Shown here in pieces: positions 27,322 through 44,195 of a stretch of DNA of 64,000 bases; within the stretch, counting starts at the first letter, position 1; every line of letters starts with the position of its first letter. Made by a program: the position numbers and the translations under genes. Source of the DNA: Chanos chanos. Its lineage: Eukaryota. The notes under the pieces were generated by a model. It was not told the origin of the DNA. It made no database searches and was given only the letters and a program-made list of their open reading frames with translations. The DNA lies in assembly GCF_902362185.1 (NCBI RefSeq), contig NC_044504.1:33220702-33284701 (forward strand), read 5' to 3'.

Positions 27322-28435
27322 GTCCTCCTTCACCCATAATTGCCATCCGTAATTGTCACTTACCCACTAATGCTGAAAAAAACACACTATCGATCCCTTT
27401 GTCGGAGACGGCGTTAAAGACATTGCTCTTGGGTGGGAGCAGTTTAGGACAAGTGTTGTGTTGTTTTTGTACATGCCTGGATCTGGAGGAATGATGAAAT
27501 ATCTGTCAGGTTGGGCGTTGTACTGTACTGAGTCATTGTTAGCGTGTTCTCTTTTTCTCCTGGGAACTAGAGGGGTTTTTTGGGTTCTTTGACACGGGAT
27601 ATTTTCCACACCGATGATGGATGAGACTGCATGCCATCAGAATTCATTGCACTGGTTAAACCAGCGCTGAATTGAGAGACCTTGGTTGAAGTGCGGTCGT
27701 ATCTGAATTAATCTGGTGAGAGTGTGTCGCAGCCTAAATGAGCAGACGCTGAAAAATTAAGGCCAACTCCAACGGCCTGGTTAAAGCGTGGCCTCGTCTC
27801 GACTTATTAAAGCCGCATCACATCTGCTCGGGGAAAACTTTCCAAAGAACGTCCAGTAGAAGATAGCGGATGTTTCAGACTTTTTGAAGATGTTCTGTAT
27901 TTTCGTGGCGGCGAGGCAAACAGGACATTGATTTCAAGACTTCACGAGTGTGTCTTCAGGGCTCTTACAGTCTTTAGTTTAAATAACTTCAGTACGTAGT
28001 CACGGTTATTCCAACTTGCTGCATCGGCCAGCCTGACAGGCGCTTGACTTGAGTCTGTAGAACAGCATAGTTCTAAAGTATGTGGCTGTCATTAGAGGTA
28101 TCTTGTGTTCTTTTTAGTTTGCCCACATCATACTTTTAGCTTATGTCATCCTTTGTCAACATTTTGTCAAATTAAAGGTGTGTTAGTCACTTCTTTAGGT
28201 CATTCATACAACGTAACTAACTGGCCAGTCTAAATGTGTTAGCTCGACATCTGGATTTCCCCCCCCCCTCTCTCTCTCTCTCTGTCTCTGTAAACGACGC
28301 TGTAAAGGCAGAGTGAAGCTGACAGGGAGATGGATGCTGACGAGGTTGTGCCTTGGGTTTTATGAGCTTGCATTGTCATCAATCACAATGTAGAGCAGTG
28401 CAGAGGCTTGACTGTGTAGTACCAAACACACACAC

Positions 28436-28473
<38 letters not shown>

Positions 28474-28734
28474 CTCTCTCTCTCTTTCCAGCACTCTCTC
28501 TCTAACAGTCTGTGTCACCCTGTCACGCACGCACACACACGGACACACACACAGAGACCAACTTCAGCTACTGGTCCCATTTGGTTACATCTCCCATTGA
28601 GGTTATTATGGAGCCAGTGCTGATGTGTATACATGGCTGCTCTGAGAGGGCTATACGGCTGTTGTGTATTGAAGAGCTTTGGATGTTATTGCTGTTATTT
28701 CTTTTCACCTTTTGCCCTCAGTACTTTAACTTGA

Positions 28735-28848
<114 letters not shown>

Positions 28849-31800
28849 TGAGCACAGTGTTTTTGTGTGTGTGTGTGTGTGTGTTTGTGTGTGTATCTGT
28901 TTGTACAGGAGTATATATGTGAAACCATGAAACTACTTTCCTCCTTGGGAATTGAGCAACTTTCCAGCTGTTTCTTTGTTTCCTGACCTGTGAAGACGCA
29001 TGCCTCTAGTTACTTTTCTATATATTGTCCGTGTGATTGATTTCCGTTGGAAGAAAACGCAACTGCTGAATCCCAATGAGTAAAAAGAGAAACAGGCTGT
29101 TGAGGAGGGAAATGTAAGATTGAAGTTTTTTTTTGTTTTGTTTTGTTTTCCTTTCGCCCCTTCGGTAGCACCGGGGGGGAGGGGATGGGGAGAGTGGGGA
29201 GTAGAGTCGGCCCAAGGAGTCACCAGGGAAATAAAGTTCCCTCTCGACTGCCCATGTTAATTAAACCTCTCCCTTAGTGCTCCTCTTATCTGCCCTCTGG
29301 CTCTAATGAAGGAGGCCTCAAATCCTCCCTCACTACTCACACCCCCCCACCCCTCCTTAGACGTGCGTATCGCCGCCCGGGCCGTATCTCTGGCGTCCTC
29401 CTGCTCACGGTGTGAAGGTGAAAATGCAGGGGAATTAAGTCCCAGCCGGACTGCACGCAACCCCTGTGCTTCAGACACTTCATTAGATGGGCATAGATAC
29501 TGGACGGAGCACATATATCGCGTTAACAAGCTCTCTCTCTCTCTCACAACACACACTCGCACACACACACCCAGAAGCTGTCATGCGCTGTCATCTTATC
29601 TCAGCCCTACTCTTTAACCCCTTCCTGTCCTCAGGGGTTCCTCCTCTCATTTTCTTTGTTTCGCGCCACTCAAAGCGAACTCCTACTGTCAGTTTCCTCA
29701 ACGTTCTCTCTCAACAACCGCCCCCCCCCCCCCCCCCCCCCCGTCAGCTCCTCTCATATTATTCCCCTCTTACATTCTGAGCGTGCTCAGTTCTCTCAGC
29801 CTGTCAGCGGGAAATCTCTGACTCTTGGCAGAGATGGCGCGGGGAGGCGGTCAGTGGGGGTGTGTTGTAGCTTAAAGGAGTGGTACACGATGAGGTATCG
29901 GAGTTATCGGGCCTCTGTTTGAGGATTAAGTCGAACGGTTTGGGATAGATAGAACGCTGAAAGATGGAGAAGATAGAGCGGAGACTCGGGGAACCGCTGA
30001 GGCGAGGAGAGGAGAGAGTTTGGGGGGAAAAAAAATAGTCGAGGCCTGGGGAAAAAGATGAGGAGAGACGGAGAAAACATGGATCAGAGGATCAAAGGAG
30101 CGAAGTCAAAGGAGGTGTGAATAGAATGGTGAAGGGCGCGTTAAGATAGAGGGAAGATGGAGAAAACAGGGGAATGGATGTGGGGGCAGAGATAAGATAT
30201 GAGAGGTGCAGAGAAGAGCGAAAAGATAGCGAAAATCACCCCGAGAACAGTGCGAAGGTAGAAAAAAGAGTGAACAGGTGAAGAGACTGGTAGAAGGACG
30301 AGGCAAAGAGCGGAATGATGGAGAGAATAATGAAGGACTGAAGCAGAGGACAGAGGAAAGCTAAGGGTCGTTATCAGACCTGCTAGGTTATCTTTACTCT
30401 CCCTGAAAGAATAACACACACACACACACACACACTGCGGCCTGTCAGCCTGCTCCAAGCCCAGCCGGCAAATACGTGTGATCGATGATGTTTACCTTGC
30501 TGTCTTTCTGCCCTCCTCTTCTCTCCTCTCCTCTCCTCTCCTCGCTTATCCCTCACGCTTCACTCTGCCTTATCTATTCTTTCTCGTTCCTCTCCCCCCC
30601 CTCTCTCTCTCTCCCTCTCTCTCTCGCCCATCGTCCTCCGTCCACATCATCTTCTCCTCCTCTCCTCAAGCTGTCAGCTCCTCTCCTCAGCTGATGGTCA
30701 AGAGGAGTGACACTTGGGTGTTAAGCTCTAGCCATTAGTCGACTGATTAGGTCATCAATAAGCCGTGGACTCCTCTTCATGATTGAGGGCATTTTAATGA
30801 GAAACCACACACAGCGAGCCTCAGGGGTTTGTGCGTCTCTCTCACAGTCGAGAGCATAAGGTCAAAACCTTCGTTTGAAGTAAAAGAAAAGACAGGTTCT
30901 TGTGCAGGAGGGTATTTTATTGGAGCAGAGCAAACAGCGCCTGAGTTCATATGAGGAGAAGTCAAAGGGGAGCTTTTGCTCGTTTGAAAAGGAGTCTATG
31001 GCGGATGGCCCGCTGGTCGGGTTTTCTCTGAACCTGTGGATTCAGAGATGAATAGAGCTTCGTAAGCTGTGCTCTCAGAAGAGAGATAATGAATGGGGGA
31101 AGGATTTAAACACTGGGAAGGAGAGAGAGTTCTGTAATGCTAGATAATGAGGTAAGCCACCGAAGACTTTCATAACCTGAGGGGAAAGAGAGATGGAAAG
31201 AAAGAGAACACATCACTGATACTGAAGGATGTTTAGGAGCTGTCTTTTTTTTTTTTTTTTTTTTTAGTCTCGCCAAAGTTGTCCTCTTTCTCTCTCTCTC
31301 TCTCCCTCTTTCTCTCTCATATATATATATATCCATGTTCATTGTGGTTGAGCAGCATGTCTGTGTCCATGCCTTGCAGTGTTGAGAATATCCAGCGTCT
31401 GTCATGCAGGAGCCTGTGTGCTTAGTCTTGACTTGTCAAACACAGATCCCATCAAAGCCAGCACAGAGCAGGAAGCCCCAGGGCTAACAGGGAGACCGCC
31501 GGCTCTGCTCCGAGGCTAATCTGTAAAGAGAGGTATCGCAAGGAGAGATGAAATAATGATGGTTACCTTGTTCAGCCTCCTGGTCGATCAAGTGATGCGA
31601 GGACGTCGAACTACTGTTTGTCAACGCGTCTCGTTTTCGCCCGCCGGGCCCTGGGATTGTCCGAACAGCGCTTTAGTTGGACTGCTCTTTTAACGCCGCA
31701 GTGTCATTGGCAGTGGTCATATCAAAACCAGCGTTTGATTGGCAGATCTCAGTATTGTGCCCTAAAGTGCCTTGCCAACAGAGAGAATAATTACTGAGAT

Positions 31801-31853
31801 TTAAAACACCCCCAAACACACCAACACACTCTAAACAGCTTTCAGAGATGACC

Positions 31854-31930
31854 AGAGAGAGAGAGCGAGAGCGAGAAAGAGAGAGAGCGAGAGAGAGAGA
31901 GAGCAAGAGAGAGAGAGAGAGAGAGTGAGA

Positions 31931-32003
<73 letters not shown>
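31854..32003 (+). repeat. (GA)n with embedded (GAGAGT)n hexamer repeats
   Basis: Read directly from the sequence. Confidence 0.9.
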
Positions 32004-32005
<2 letters not shown>

Positions 32006-33369
32006 AACGTGGTAAATCCAGTTTTAACCCTGTTCCCTCTGGTATATGAGTGCTCAAACACACTGGCTGGCCACAGTTCATGCTTATGTTCTTTAATCTC
32101 TTTATGTAGCTCCATTACATGTTTAGAAGAGCAGTCTGGTTCCTGGGGAAAAGGCATATTTAAGTACGGAGGCCCAGGGGCCAGCTCCAGGGAATGGCCA
32201 TCGTTTCTGTCCTCCGCTGTGTAATAACAGGGTCGTCTCTTCCGCTTCTGATCCACATGAGCTGCAGATTAGGCCTCTGCGTCCAAATCTGCAATCTGGG
32301 AATTACGCACACACACATCACTAATCCTGATGAAGGAAGCGCCCCTTTAGCCCAAAACTAGGTCCCCTCTCCCTCTCTCTCTCCTCTCTCTCTTTCTCTC
32401 TCTCTCTCCTCTCTCTCTCTAAAACACTCTTTCACTCTCTGCCCCTACCACGCCCACCCCCTCTCTCTCTCTCAGAGATTGTGTTTGTGTTTGTTTATTG
32501 TTTACTCTTTCCAGCAGCCTTGTTTATACACAAAATGCACAAACACTCACCTTGTTGCTCTCGTTGGCTTACTCTGAGATGGATGTTTTGAGATAACTGG
32601 TAAACACTCCCATAGTACACGAGTTTGAGATGTTAAGGAGGCAACTGAAACAGTACACACATCTGGATTTGGGAACTGTGATGCATTTTAATCAGGTCTT
32701 CATCGAGGGGTTGGAAACGGAACGGACGGACGTAACACCGAAAGGCACGAATACAACGTTCCTAACATGCGTTCTTCTTCCGTTTACCAAGTTAGGTCGT
32801 CTAAAAATCCCTCGGAGAGGAGCTACCACCGCAAACCCTGTGCCACTCACACTGCTGTACTGTTGTACCCATGTACCCATGACTGAATTACACTCACACC
32901 AGTAGTGGATTTCCAAGCCAAGTTTCTCACATAGTTCTGTGTTTTTGTCAGCGGAAATTTCAGTCTGTACTTCCTCCAGTTCTGTCAAGCGCCATAACAG
33001 ACTTCTTCCGGGTAAACATACTGAAGTAGAAATTGGCCAGTCGCTTTTTTTTTTTTTTCCCAGGTAAAAGTTTTGTTTTCTCCAGACCTTTTTCCACAAA
33101 TACTGAATGGTTTTTGCTCCTTCTAAGAGCTGAGTAAGCTTTCATCAGGATTGGGTTGCAGCAAGTCCAAAATATTCAAGTTTTGAAGCACAGAAAGGAA
33201 CCTTGTTATTAAGTCCAGCCATGTCCCATCCTGTTTCCCACATGAGGGTATTAGTGAGATGAATGGTCTGGATCCCTCCAAATCCAGCTCCCGAGCCCTC
33301 CGGTACTCAGTTAAGAGCTTTATTGGGCCTGGCAGATTGGTCAAAAATCAATTAGAATTTTATGATGAG

Positions 33370-33402
<33 letters not shown>

Positions 33403-33886
33403 ATGCACATTCACACGTACACACGCACACACATAAGCACATTCACACGCACACACACAAGCACACCTGAGAACTCTAATGTCAACAGTGTTGATATTCT
33501 GTCTCATTTTCATAGTTGTATGAACTCACAGCCGTCTACAGTAACTGACAGCCCCTAAACAAATACACACACACGTTTACACTTCCCAGTCAATATTTAA
33601 AGATCGTTTACTTACACACACGCACATGCACATACACACTCACACTCACACGCATATTTTTATAAGCAGGGATACACACACTGAGCTCATGGAATAGTTT
33701 TGTCTGTGCTCATCACTCATCTTCAGGGTTTTTTTGGATGGAATTTTTTATCTCCTATGCAGGTTGTCCCATTGGTCACGAGAGGGGATTGAATCGTTAC
33801 GGACGCCTTTTTAGTCAGCTTTCCACGTTCATTTCTTTCTCTCTTTTACCTCTGCCTCTTTCAACCCACTCCGTGTTTTATTCTAA

Positions 33887-34119
<233 letters not shown>

Positions 34120-35211
34120 CACCGAGGACGTGACGTCGCCGTGAGGTCGTCTCCGCTCGGCCTGAGAACCAGCGGACCGCCCGCCTCCCTCCCGTGGTCT
34201 CGTTGTCTTTTTCCCTCTCATAAGGCCTCTGTCGAACACTGGCTACCTTTACCTCCTCTCATCCACCTCCACTTTCTTAATGTTTTTTTTTTTTTATTGC
34301 TCAGCACATAATGTGGAGCAGTCAGACTGTGTTGGAATGCCCACTGGGGCCTTTTTGTTTAACGTGCTGCCCATGTAATTTCGTTTGACTGAAACAAAAT
34401 GAAAATTGCACAATTAATCCTGGGAGCGCATTGTGAGCGTGCATGAAGCTTTGGGGTGGAAGCAGACTGAATCAAACGGAGCCTGACACAGCTTTTGTGA
34501 ATTAACTGGGTGTTTAGCGCAAATGGATTGGTGGGGGGGGGAAAATGGGGGGAGGCCATCCTGGTTTTTCTTTTTTTTTTTTTTTTTTTTTTTCAAGGTG
34601 CCGGTAATCCCGCTCAAAAGAGGGTGTTTGTGTTCCATTAATCCCCATTCATCAAGAAGAGGCTCACTCTGACACACACACACACACACACGCACACACA
34701 TGCACTCACACACACACTCACTCACACAAATAGGATCGGAAGAACACTGTTGGATGCTCTTTGTATGGGAGCAGAAGTAGAGCGGACTAGAAGGATGCAC
34801 GCAAAATGATCGTTCGTCCCGACTGCTTATTAAATTGCCGCACGCAATGTTTGGGGACTAGGAGAATAAGAATGACAGGGGAAATTTGTGTTCAGCTTCA
34901 GGAATCACAGCGCGCGTTAAGTGCCCAGACAGTTAGACACACTTAAATGGCACGGGAGTGAGTACAGGCCGTCCTCCTGGTACCTTATGGAAGATGCAAA
35001 GAGCAGACATATCTGGAGGCTATTCCAGAACATTTTGTTCATCCACCACCTCGCCGTATGTTCGTCGAAAACATAACAGGCCGCTCTCGTTATAAATTCA
35101 TAAGCCGAGGCTTTGTCACAGACGCCTCTTATTCAATCGTTTCATGTGGTTTCTATGGTGACGTAACCAGATCTATAGTTAAATGTTTCCTAGTCGTGTG
35201 GACAGTGGTGA

Positions 35212-35940
<729 letters not shown>

Positions 35941-36418
35941 TGATATCATTATGCTAATCAGAACGCTTTAACAGTGGGAGGATATGTTAGTTAGGTTTTG
36001 TTTTTTTTCTTCTTCTTCTTTCTCTCTTTAATAAATATCAGTAATTATGTGTAGCAGAAACACGCAAGTTCCTTTTAACCAACTCTTAATTACAGAGAGC
36101 TGAGGTTTTAATTACTGTCTGTCTCTAAAGGCTAAACCAAATCTGAGACCACCCGGTTGGGGCTCTCTCTCACACACACACGTGCTCTGAACTATTTGTA
36201 TGCACGTGTGACAGCACATATCACACTCATAAGACTGAACGCTGGTACTCAGGTGGTGCTCAGGTCATGGAGGGAACGCAGGGGTGTACGGGGAATCTGT
36301 TATTCCAAATTCACGGAAAAAAGACTAAAAAAAGAACAACAACAAAGAAGAGTGCAACTGTTCAACAACACTAATCAGCAGTGATGTACAGTATCCGTAG
36401 AGACTACGTGGCAAGAGG

Positions 36419-36420
<2 letters not shown>

Positions 36421-36511
<91 letters not shown>

Positions 36512-36538
36512 TGTGTGTGCGTGTGTGTGTGCGCGTGT
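36421..36538 (+). repeat. (GT)n-(GCGT)n alternating purine-pyrimidine tract
   Basis: Read directly from the sequence. The intronic sequence has Z-DNA-forming potential. Confidence 0.9.
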
Positions 36539-37503
36539 GGGTGAGAGTTCCGGAGGAGATCCTTTTAATTGGGCAAAGGTAGAGCTCTAATCTCATTAAG
36601 CAAGCCTGGTGTGAGTGACGTTTCATTAAAGTACAACCCCCCCACCACACACACACACACACACTGCTCTGACCTGTAGACCTCCACCTCGTCCAGCCCT
36701 GGCCTCTCCCTTTCATTCTCTCTCACTCTCTCTCTTTCACCGTCTACCTTGTGCTGTTACTGAGTGTCTCCTCAGCACCATAGAGAGCGGACAAACAGAT
36801 AAGAAATGCAGAAAAAAAAAAACCAACTGTCTTGTGGATGCGGTCTCTCTGAAAATGCCTTCAACTGAAGTAGCTGTCTACTTGTTGTGTGATTCCAAAC
36901 GTCTCGCTGATGTAAACAAATAAAAAAAAAATAAAAAAGGAAAAAGGAGCATTGCCCTTGTGATTTCCAGTGGAGGGCATATTGTTTTCTAACGGAGAGT
37001 ACGCTGGCTACCCCCTTAGCTTTCTGATGGAAAGAAGTACAAATCTGTAGTCGTCTGACAACTGGAGGGAGAAGAGAATTAAAGTGAAGAACGGGACATT
37101 CTCAGTCCCACTTTGACTTCAAGTCTCCTTCTTTCCCTCTCTTGCTCTCTCTCTTTGTGCAGAAAGGACAGCTCAAGACCGTTAACCCTCTTCTCCGTCA
37201 TTATATTTCCGTCCCACTGTGCTGTTCTGTTCCTTGTGTTGTCGTTTACTCTCACTCCTAATGATTTCCTCCCAGCGTGTTCTCTTAGCTTGTTTATCTC
37301 TCCTTTCTCCTTTTTTTTTTTCTTTGGGGAGGGTTCCACGAAGCAGGATTTAATCGCGTAGCCCGGTAAACCTGAGCCAAGGTCAAGACGCTGCGTTTGG
37401 AACGCTCCTTAGCCCCTCTCCTTCCTCGTCCTTTTGACTTTCGGCTCCTTTTTTTTCTGGCTTACTGAGAAATTCTGCCTCATAAAATACCTCTCTCTCT
37501 CTC

Positions 37504-37545
<42 letters not shown>

Positions 37546-39842
37546 CCTCTCTCTCTCTCCCTCACACTCACACGTGCACGCACAGGTGCACTCACACACT
37601 TCCCACATTTCAACATAACTTACAACTCCACCATCACCTGTCATGCGCGCGTGGTCTTTATTTTTAGTCTTGCCCACCTTATGTTGTTTTGTTGGACTCT
37701 CACTTCTCAAACTTTTCTGTCTGTTTTGTTCCTCTGCTGTCATACACTCTTTCTCATGTATCACTCTTAAACTTACTCTCAAACACTTTCCCTCTTTCTC
37801 CTGTTCTCTCTGGTACACACTCTCTTTTTGAATAATTCATAAGAAAACTGCTCTGTGTTTTGCCAGAGGCATTTCTGTCCTACACAACCATTTGCATAGA
37901 ATAACTTACATCTTCTCTGTGTCCCCGCCAAAGCGCTCCTCTCGCTCTCGCTCTCTCCCTCTCTCGCTCTCGCTCTCTCTCACTCTCTCTCTCTCTCTCG
38001 CTCACCTGCCCCTCCCTGAGGTGTTTATTCAGAGATCTCGCCGCACATTTTGACCGCCACTATCACAGAATGAATTCAATGAGAGTTGACGTGTCCCACG
38101 TGTCCCCTTTTATGGGCAAACATCTTTATTTCTGCATACATTTTTATATTCTGATGGGAGAGAGAGAGAGAGCCAGAGCTAATGGTGAGATAGCCTCATC
38201 TCCCAGGTGACAGCGGCCATAAATCGGGCTGTTGGCGTCACCTGTGTACACCCAAATCTCCCTTGTGTGACATAACCATCTCTGAAACATCTGCTTTACC
38301 TCTCCTGTCCTCCCAACAACAAACTCCAAACAGGACATTTTCCACACCTAATATAATCAGCATCAATCTCGTGCCAGCGATCCAAAGACGTGAACTTACC
38401 TTCAGCCTCATCCTTTTCTCTGAGCCACCGTTAATGAGCTCTTCGCAGATGAGGACTGTTTAGAGTTTATGCATGTTCAGCGTTCTCCGTGTCATCTTCA
38501 CCCTTCAAACCAGTGTTTCACGCTGTTCCCTTGAATCTGTCCCTGGTTTTTTTTTTTCTCTCTTGCTTGGGTGGTTCACACGTGCTCGTTTAGCTAGAAA
38601 TCGAAGTCCTTCACCTGTGAAAGTCAGTCTGCATTATATTAGTGCAGTGTTTCACCCAGAGCTGCAGAGCGGGCTGTTTTTCTCATTCTGCATTAATGAA
38701 ATACAAATGGTGTATAAATGAAATCTGTGAAACTCTATTAAATGCGTGTAGTATGTAGAGGTTTTGATGTTACCTTCATCCTTCTGTGTCTGTTTGAACG
38801 TGGCCGCGTGATGCTAGGAGTTTAAGAAGGTCTTCTGAGAAATGGTAAAAACATGTTTAGCATTAAACATTTACTGCACTACTTTAATATCCCTCACCAC
38901 TGTCGCTTTTAAACTTTCGCCCTCATCCTGTTTTTCCCTCCTACAGCAAAGGAAAAAAAAAAAAAAAAGAAATAATAATAAACATTAGAGAGACTCTCTC
39001 CCTCTAGGGAACAGAACACACTGCCCTTTCTAATAAAGCAGGTTATTGATCATGCTGAAGTACCCTCTTACCAGCCCTGCTGTCGGACATAATTAGGGTG
39101 TGTGGTCCACACTCACCATCTCCGAGTTAACTAACCAGGCAGCTCTTCTGAGGCCTCTCATACATTTATTTTTTACGGTAGCCCTGTGGTAGAAAGCTAT
39201 CGAAAGCGAACTAAATAATTAATCGTTTGTTGACGTCTCTCGTCTGTGCGCCTATTGCGTGCTCTGCGGTTCTGGTCCTTCTCAACACTCCGCGAGTCAT
39301 TACCACCAATAGTTTCACTGAAACTTCAAACACATGTACTAACACGGTCAGACTGCCAAGTCAGCATGCTGTTGCCGTTGGATACGCGCGCTGTGGCAGT
39401 ATTTATGAGTTATTAGATGGTCGGTGATGTGTGTCCGTTCTTAGGAGACGGCGATGTTAACACGCGCTGGCTACGGTACGATTGTTATTGTAATGAGGGT
39501 GACCGTCAAGCAAGCTTTATAGCAGCAGTTATGGCTGGTACAGAGTAAATAAAACTAAATTAAGAGAATGACGGCCATGATATTTGCCAATACTTAATGC
39601 TTGATGAGGTTATGAATTATTTAATGTCATTGGTTTTTGGGTAGATTGACCGAAGAAAGCACTAATTACGTTTTAATTGCCGATGTTTTTAATCTGCCTT
39701 TCTTAATCTGTTGGAAAGGGCTTTAAGGCGCGTTTTTTTGACACACAAAGATTAGGCCGGGTCTGTCTAAAAGGTTCACAGGTTGTGTTTTTCTGCACAG
39801 AAACATTTTGATTCTGTTTTTTTTTTGTTTTGTTTTTTTTAA

Positions 39843-40106
<264 letters not shown>

Positions 40107-40109
40107 TAA

Positions 40110-40460
<351 letters not shown>

Positions 40461-41457
40461 TAAGCCGTATTTTACTACGTAACGCAAACGGAGTTGGGAT
40501 TTTTGTTTAACTGCCTCAGTGGGATTTCCTCCATGTTACAGTAGGGCGTGTTGTCATGGTAACACGGCAGGCTATATTTAGAACGCGTCGTGAATGTCTC
40601 TTGCCTCCCCTAACACGATCTGACTGAGACTGAGTTCTTTCCCAAACTTCACTGCACCGCGAGCAGTTTGTCACGCGGTACGTCATGCGGTTCGGCTGGG
40701 TCGTGGCGTGGGTTGCCGTGGTGCGACTTAGCCAAACCGTCATCTCTGTGTTTTTCTACTCCATCTCAGAGCGGTCGGGGTGTGAGCCCAGTGCTGGATT
40801 ATTGTCTAAACTCTTGGGTTTTCACAGGCCTCTCTGCCAGTATTTATCTCATGACTGAAAATGACAGCTCTGTCATTTTGAGCTGTTAGATTTTCGTTTG
40901 TTTTTTTTTTCCCTTAACTCATCTGAGACACAGAGTCTCTTTGTAAACACAAGTGTTGCAGACTGTACAAGTATGACTGAGCCAAACCACATGAGAATGA
41001 CAGCCAGGATAATGTGCAGAGAAATATTTATCACAAGTGTTCACGCAAACAGAATGACCAGAAACTGGAACAGCAGAGAATCTCCTAATTTAGTTTGTCA
41101 CCAAAGATTGTATTCAACAGACCCATTATGAAGAGGGGACCTCGCGTTTTGATTTGTAGTCTGAACATTGCCTCACACACACACGCAGTTAGCCTACACT
41201 CTGCAGCCAGTTTAGTGGGCATATCACTGCCGCTGTAGGGATGAATCCGTGAATCACTCTTACGCACAGTGAGTCCCACAGCTGTGGTCTGGGATGTGAA
41301 GCAGGCAGAGAGGCAATGAGGTCTGTCTTTATGGTTCGACTCAACGTTAAATGGGCAAAACAAGAGACCAAAGCGGGTCTTAACATGACATGCTCATCAG
41401 AGCCAAACATGCTATTTTTTTTTTCTTTTTTTTTTTTTCAGTGTAACAGATTGGTGA

Positions 41458-41979
<522 letters not shown>

Positions 41980-43014
41980 TGAACACTTTAATTTTCTGAG
42001 GGTTTTTTTTTTTTTCACTTCCATGCATCATTCATTTTAGTGTCATTTCTCTCGCTCTTTTTCTTTCTTTCATTCGTTCTCTTTCATTTCGTTTCGTTTC
42101 TCGTCATTTCTTTCTCTTTTTCTCTTACCTTCACAATTGCTTCTTCACTCTTTTCCTCCGTTTCCTTCTTTCATCATCTTAGCTGGGTTTTTTTTTTTTT
42201 GTTGTTGTTTTTTTTTTTTAAATAGTGTCTCTGCTGCTCTTTGCTGAGGGTTCATGGTAATGTGCATGTTTGTGTGCTTATGCGTGTGTTGGGATTTTAA
42301 AGTGCTCTTGAGAATGGAGAGTTGTTTTTCTCTGATTGGTTGCCTTTGTTCCGCTGGTGCATTACTGCTCTTCTGCTGAACCGCTGGGCTGTCTTTGATG
42401 AATACCGGGCAATCTCTTTCTCTCTCTCTCTCTCTCCCTCTCTCCCTCTCTCCCCCGACTTGCCCCTTCTCTCATTTTCTGTCTCCTTCAACAGACAAAG
42501 CTCATGTCGCTTTATACCTCCTCCTCCTCCTCCTCCTCCCAATTATTTATTTATTTTCTTTCTTTTCGGCCTCACACACTTTCTTTGACTCTCAGCGTTG
42601 TGCTTGTTTTTGTCCCCTGTTGTTTTGGTTATTTTTCTCTTCTCTTCTCCTCTCTCTCTCGCCCTCTGGTTCTCCATCCATCTGTGTCTGTTCAGTGCTG
42701 TGGGAAGGAGTGTGGTGGAGCACTGATGGCCCTGGCCCAGAGACACATGTCTCTGCTCCTCATCTGATGACTCACATTGGCCTAGCTGTAAAACCGAGGA
42801 GCATGAGCCTGTCCCCTTCCCTGTGTGTACTGTTACTGAATATTCACAGTGAACAGTTAAGGAGGCCATGGCCTTAGTACTTCATGTTACTGGACAGTTG
42901 GACTGAATTAGCTTGTTTTGGTTAAATATTGCTGCTCTTTGAGAGACACTCCTGGAAGGCTTCCCAACACACCTGAATCTAAGACAGTCAAGACAGCGCA
43001 GGACTTGTGCAAAT

Positions 43015-44195
43015 GTCTGTGTGGTAATAGGTTAGTGGAAGGCAAGTGATGTCTCTGTAGCTGTTGTATGTCTTTGTCATAGTAGGTTAGCGATAGGTGA
43101 GTGATGTCTCTCTAGCTCTTCATGTCTGTGTCACAATAGGTTAGTTGGAGATGAGTGATGTCTCTCTAGCTGTTCTAGCTGTTTTATGTCTGTGTCTTAA
43201 TAGGTTAGTGGGAGGTGAGTGATGTCTGTCTAGCTGCTGTATGTCTATGTGATAATAGGTTAGTTGGAGGTGAATGATGTCTGTCTAGCTGCTGTATGTC
43301 TATGTGATAATAGGTTAGTTGGAGGTGAGTGATGTCTGTCTAGCTGCTGTATGTCTATGTGATAATAGGTTAGTTGGAGGTGAATGATGTCTGTCTAGCT
43401 GCTGTATGTCTATGTGATGATAGGTTAGTTGGAGGTGAGTGATGTCTGTCTAGCTGCTGTATGTCTATGTGATAATAGGTTAGCTGGAGGTGAGTGATGT
43501 CTGTCTAGCTGCTGTATGTCTATGTGATAATAGGTTAGTTGGAGGTGAGTGATGTCTGTCTAGCTGCTGTATGTCTATGTGATGATAGGTTAGTTGGAGG
43601 TGAGTGTTGTATGTCTATGTGATAATAGGTTAGTTGGAGGTGAGTGATGTCTGTCTAGCTGCTGTATGTCTATGTGATAATAGGTTAGTTGGAGGTGAGT
43701 GATGTCTGCCTAGCTGCTGTATGTCTATGTGATAATAGGTTAGCTGGAGGTGAGTGATGTCTGTCTAGCTGCTGTATGTCTATGTGATAATAGGTTAGTT
43801 GGAGGTGAGTGATGTCTGTCTAGCTGCTGCATGTCTATGTGGTAATAGGTTAGTTGGAGGTGAGTGATGTCTGTCTAGCTGATGCATGTCTATGTGATAA
43901 TAGGTTAATTGGAGGTGAGTGATGTCTGTCTAGCTGCTGTATGTCTATGTGATAATAGGTTAGTTGGAGGTGAGTGATGTCTGTCTAGCTGCTGTATGTC
44001 TGTGTGATGATAGGTTAGTTGGAGGTGAGTGATGTCTGTCTAGCTGCTGTATGTCTGTGTGATGATAGGTTAGTTGGAGGTGAGTGTTGTCTGTCTAGCT
44101 GCTGTATGTCTGTGTGATGATAGGTTAGTTGGAGGTGAGTGATGTCTGTCTAGCTGCTGTATGTCTATGTGATGATAGGTTAGTTGGAGGTGAGC
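43015..44195 (+). repeat. Intronic minisatellite of ~21 tandem copies of a 55-bp unit (taggttagttggaggtgagtgatgtctgtctagctgctgtatgtctatgtgataa)
   Basis: Period measured as 55 bp from recurring 'taggt' anchors at 43256, 43311 and 43366. The first copies are degenerate and the rest are near-identical. Confidence 0.95.

Noticed and set aside
43015-44195. A regularly spaced direct-repeat array that superficially resembles a CRISPR array
   Set aside because: The units are contiguous 55-mers with no unique spacers, located inside a vertebrate intron. It is a minisatellite, not a CRISPR array.
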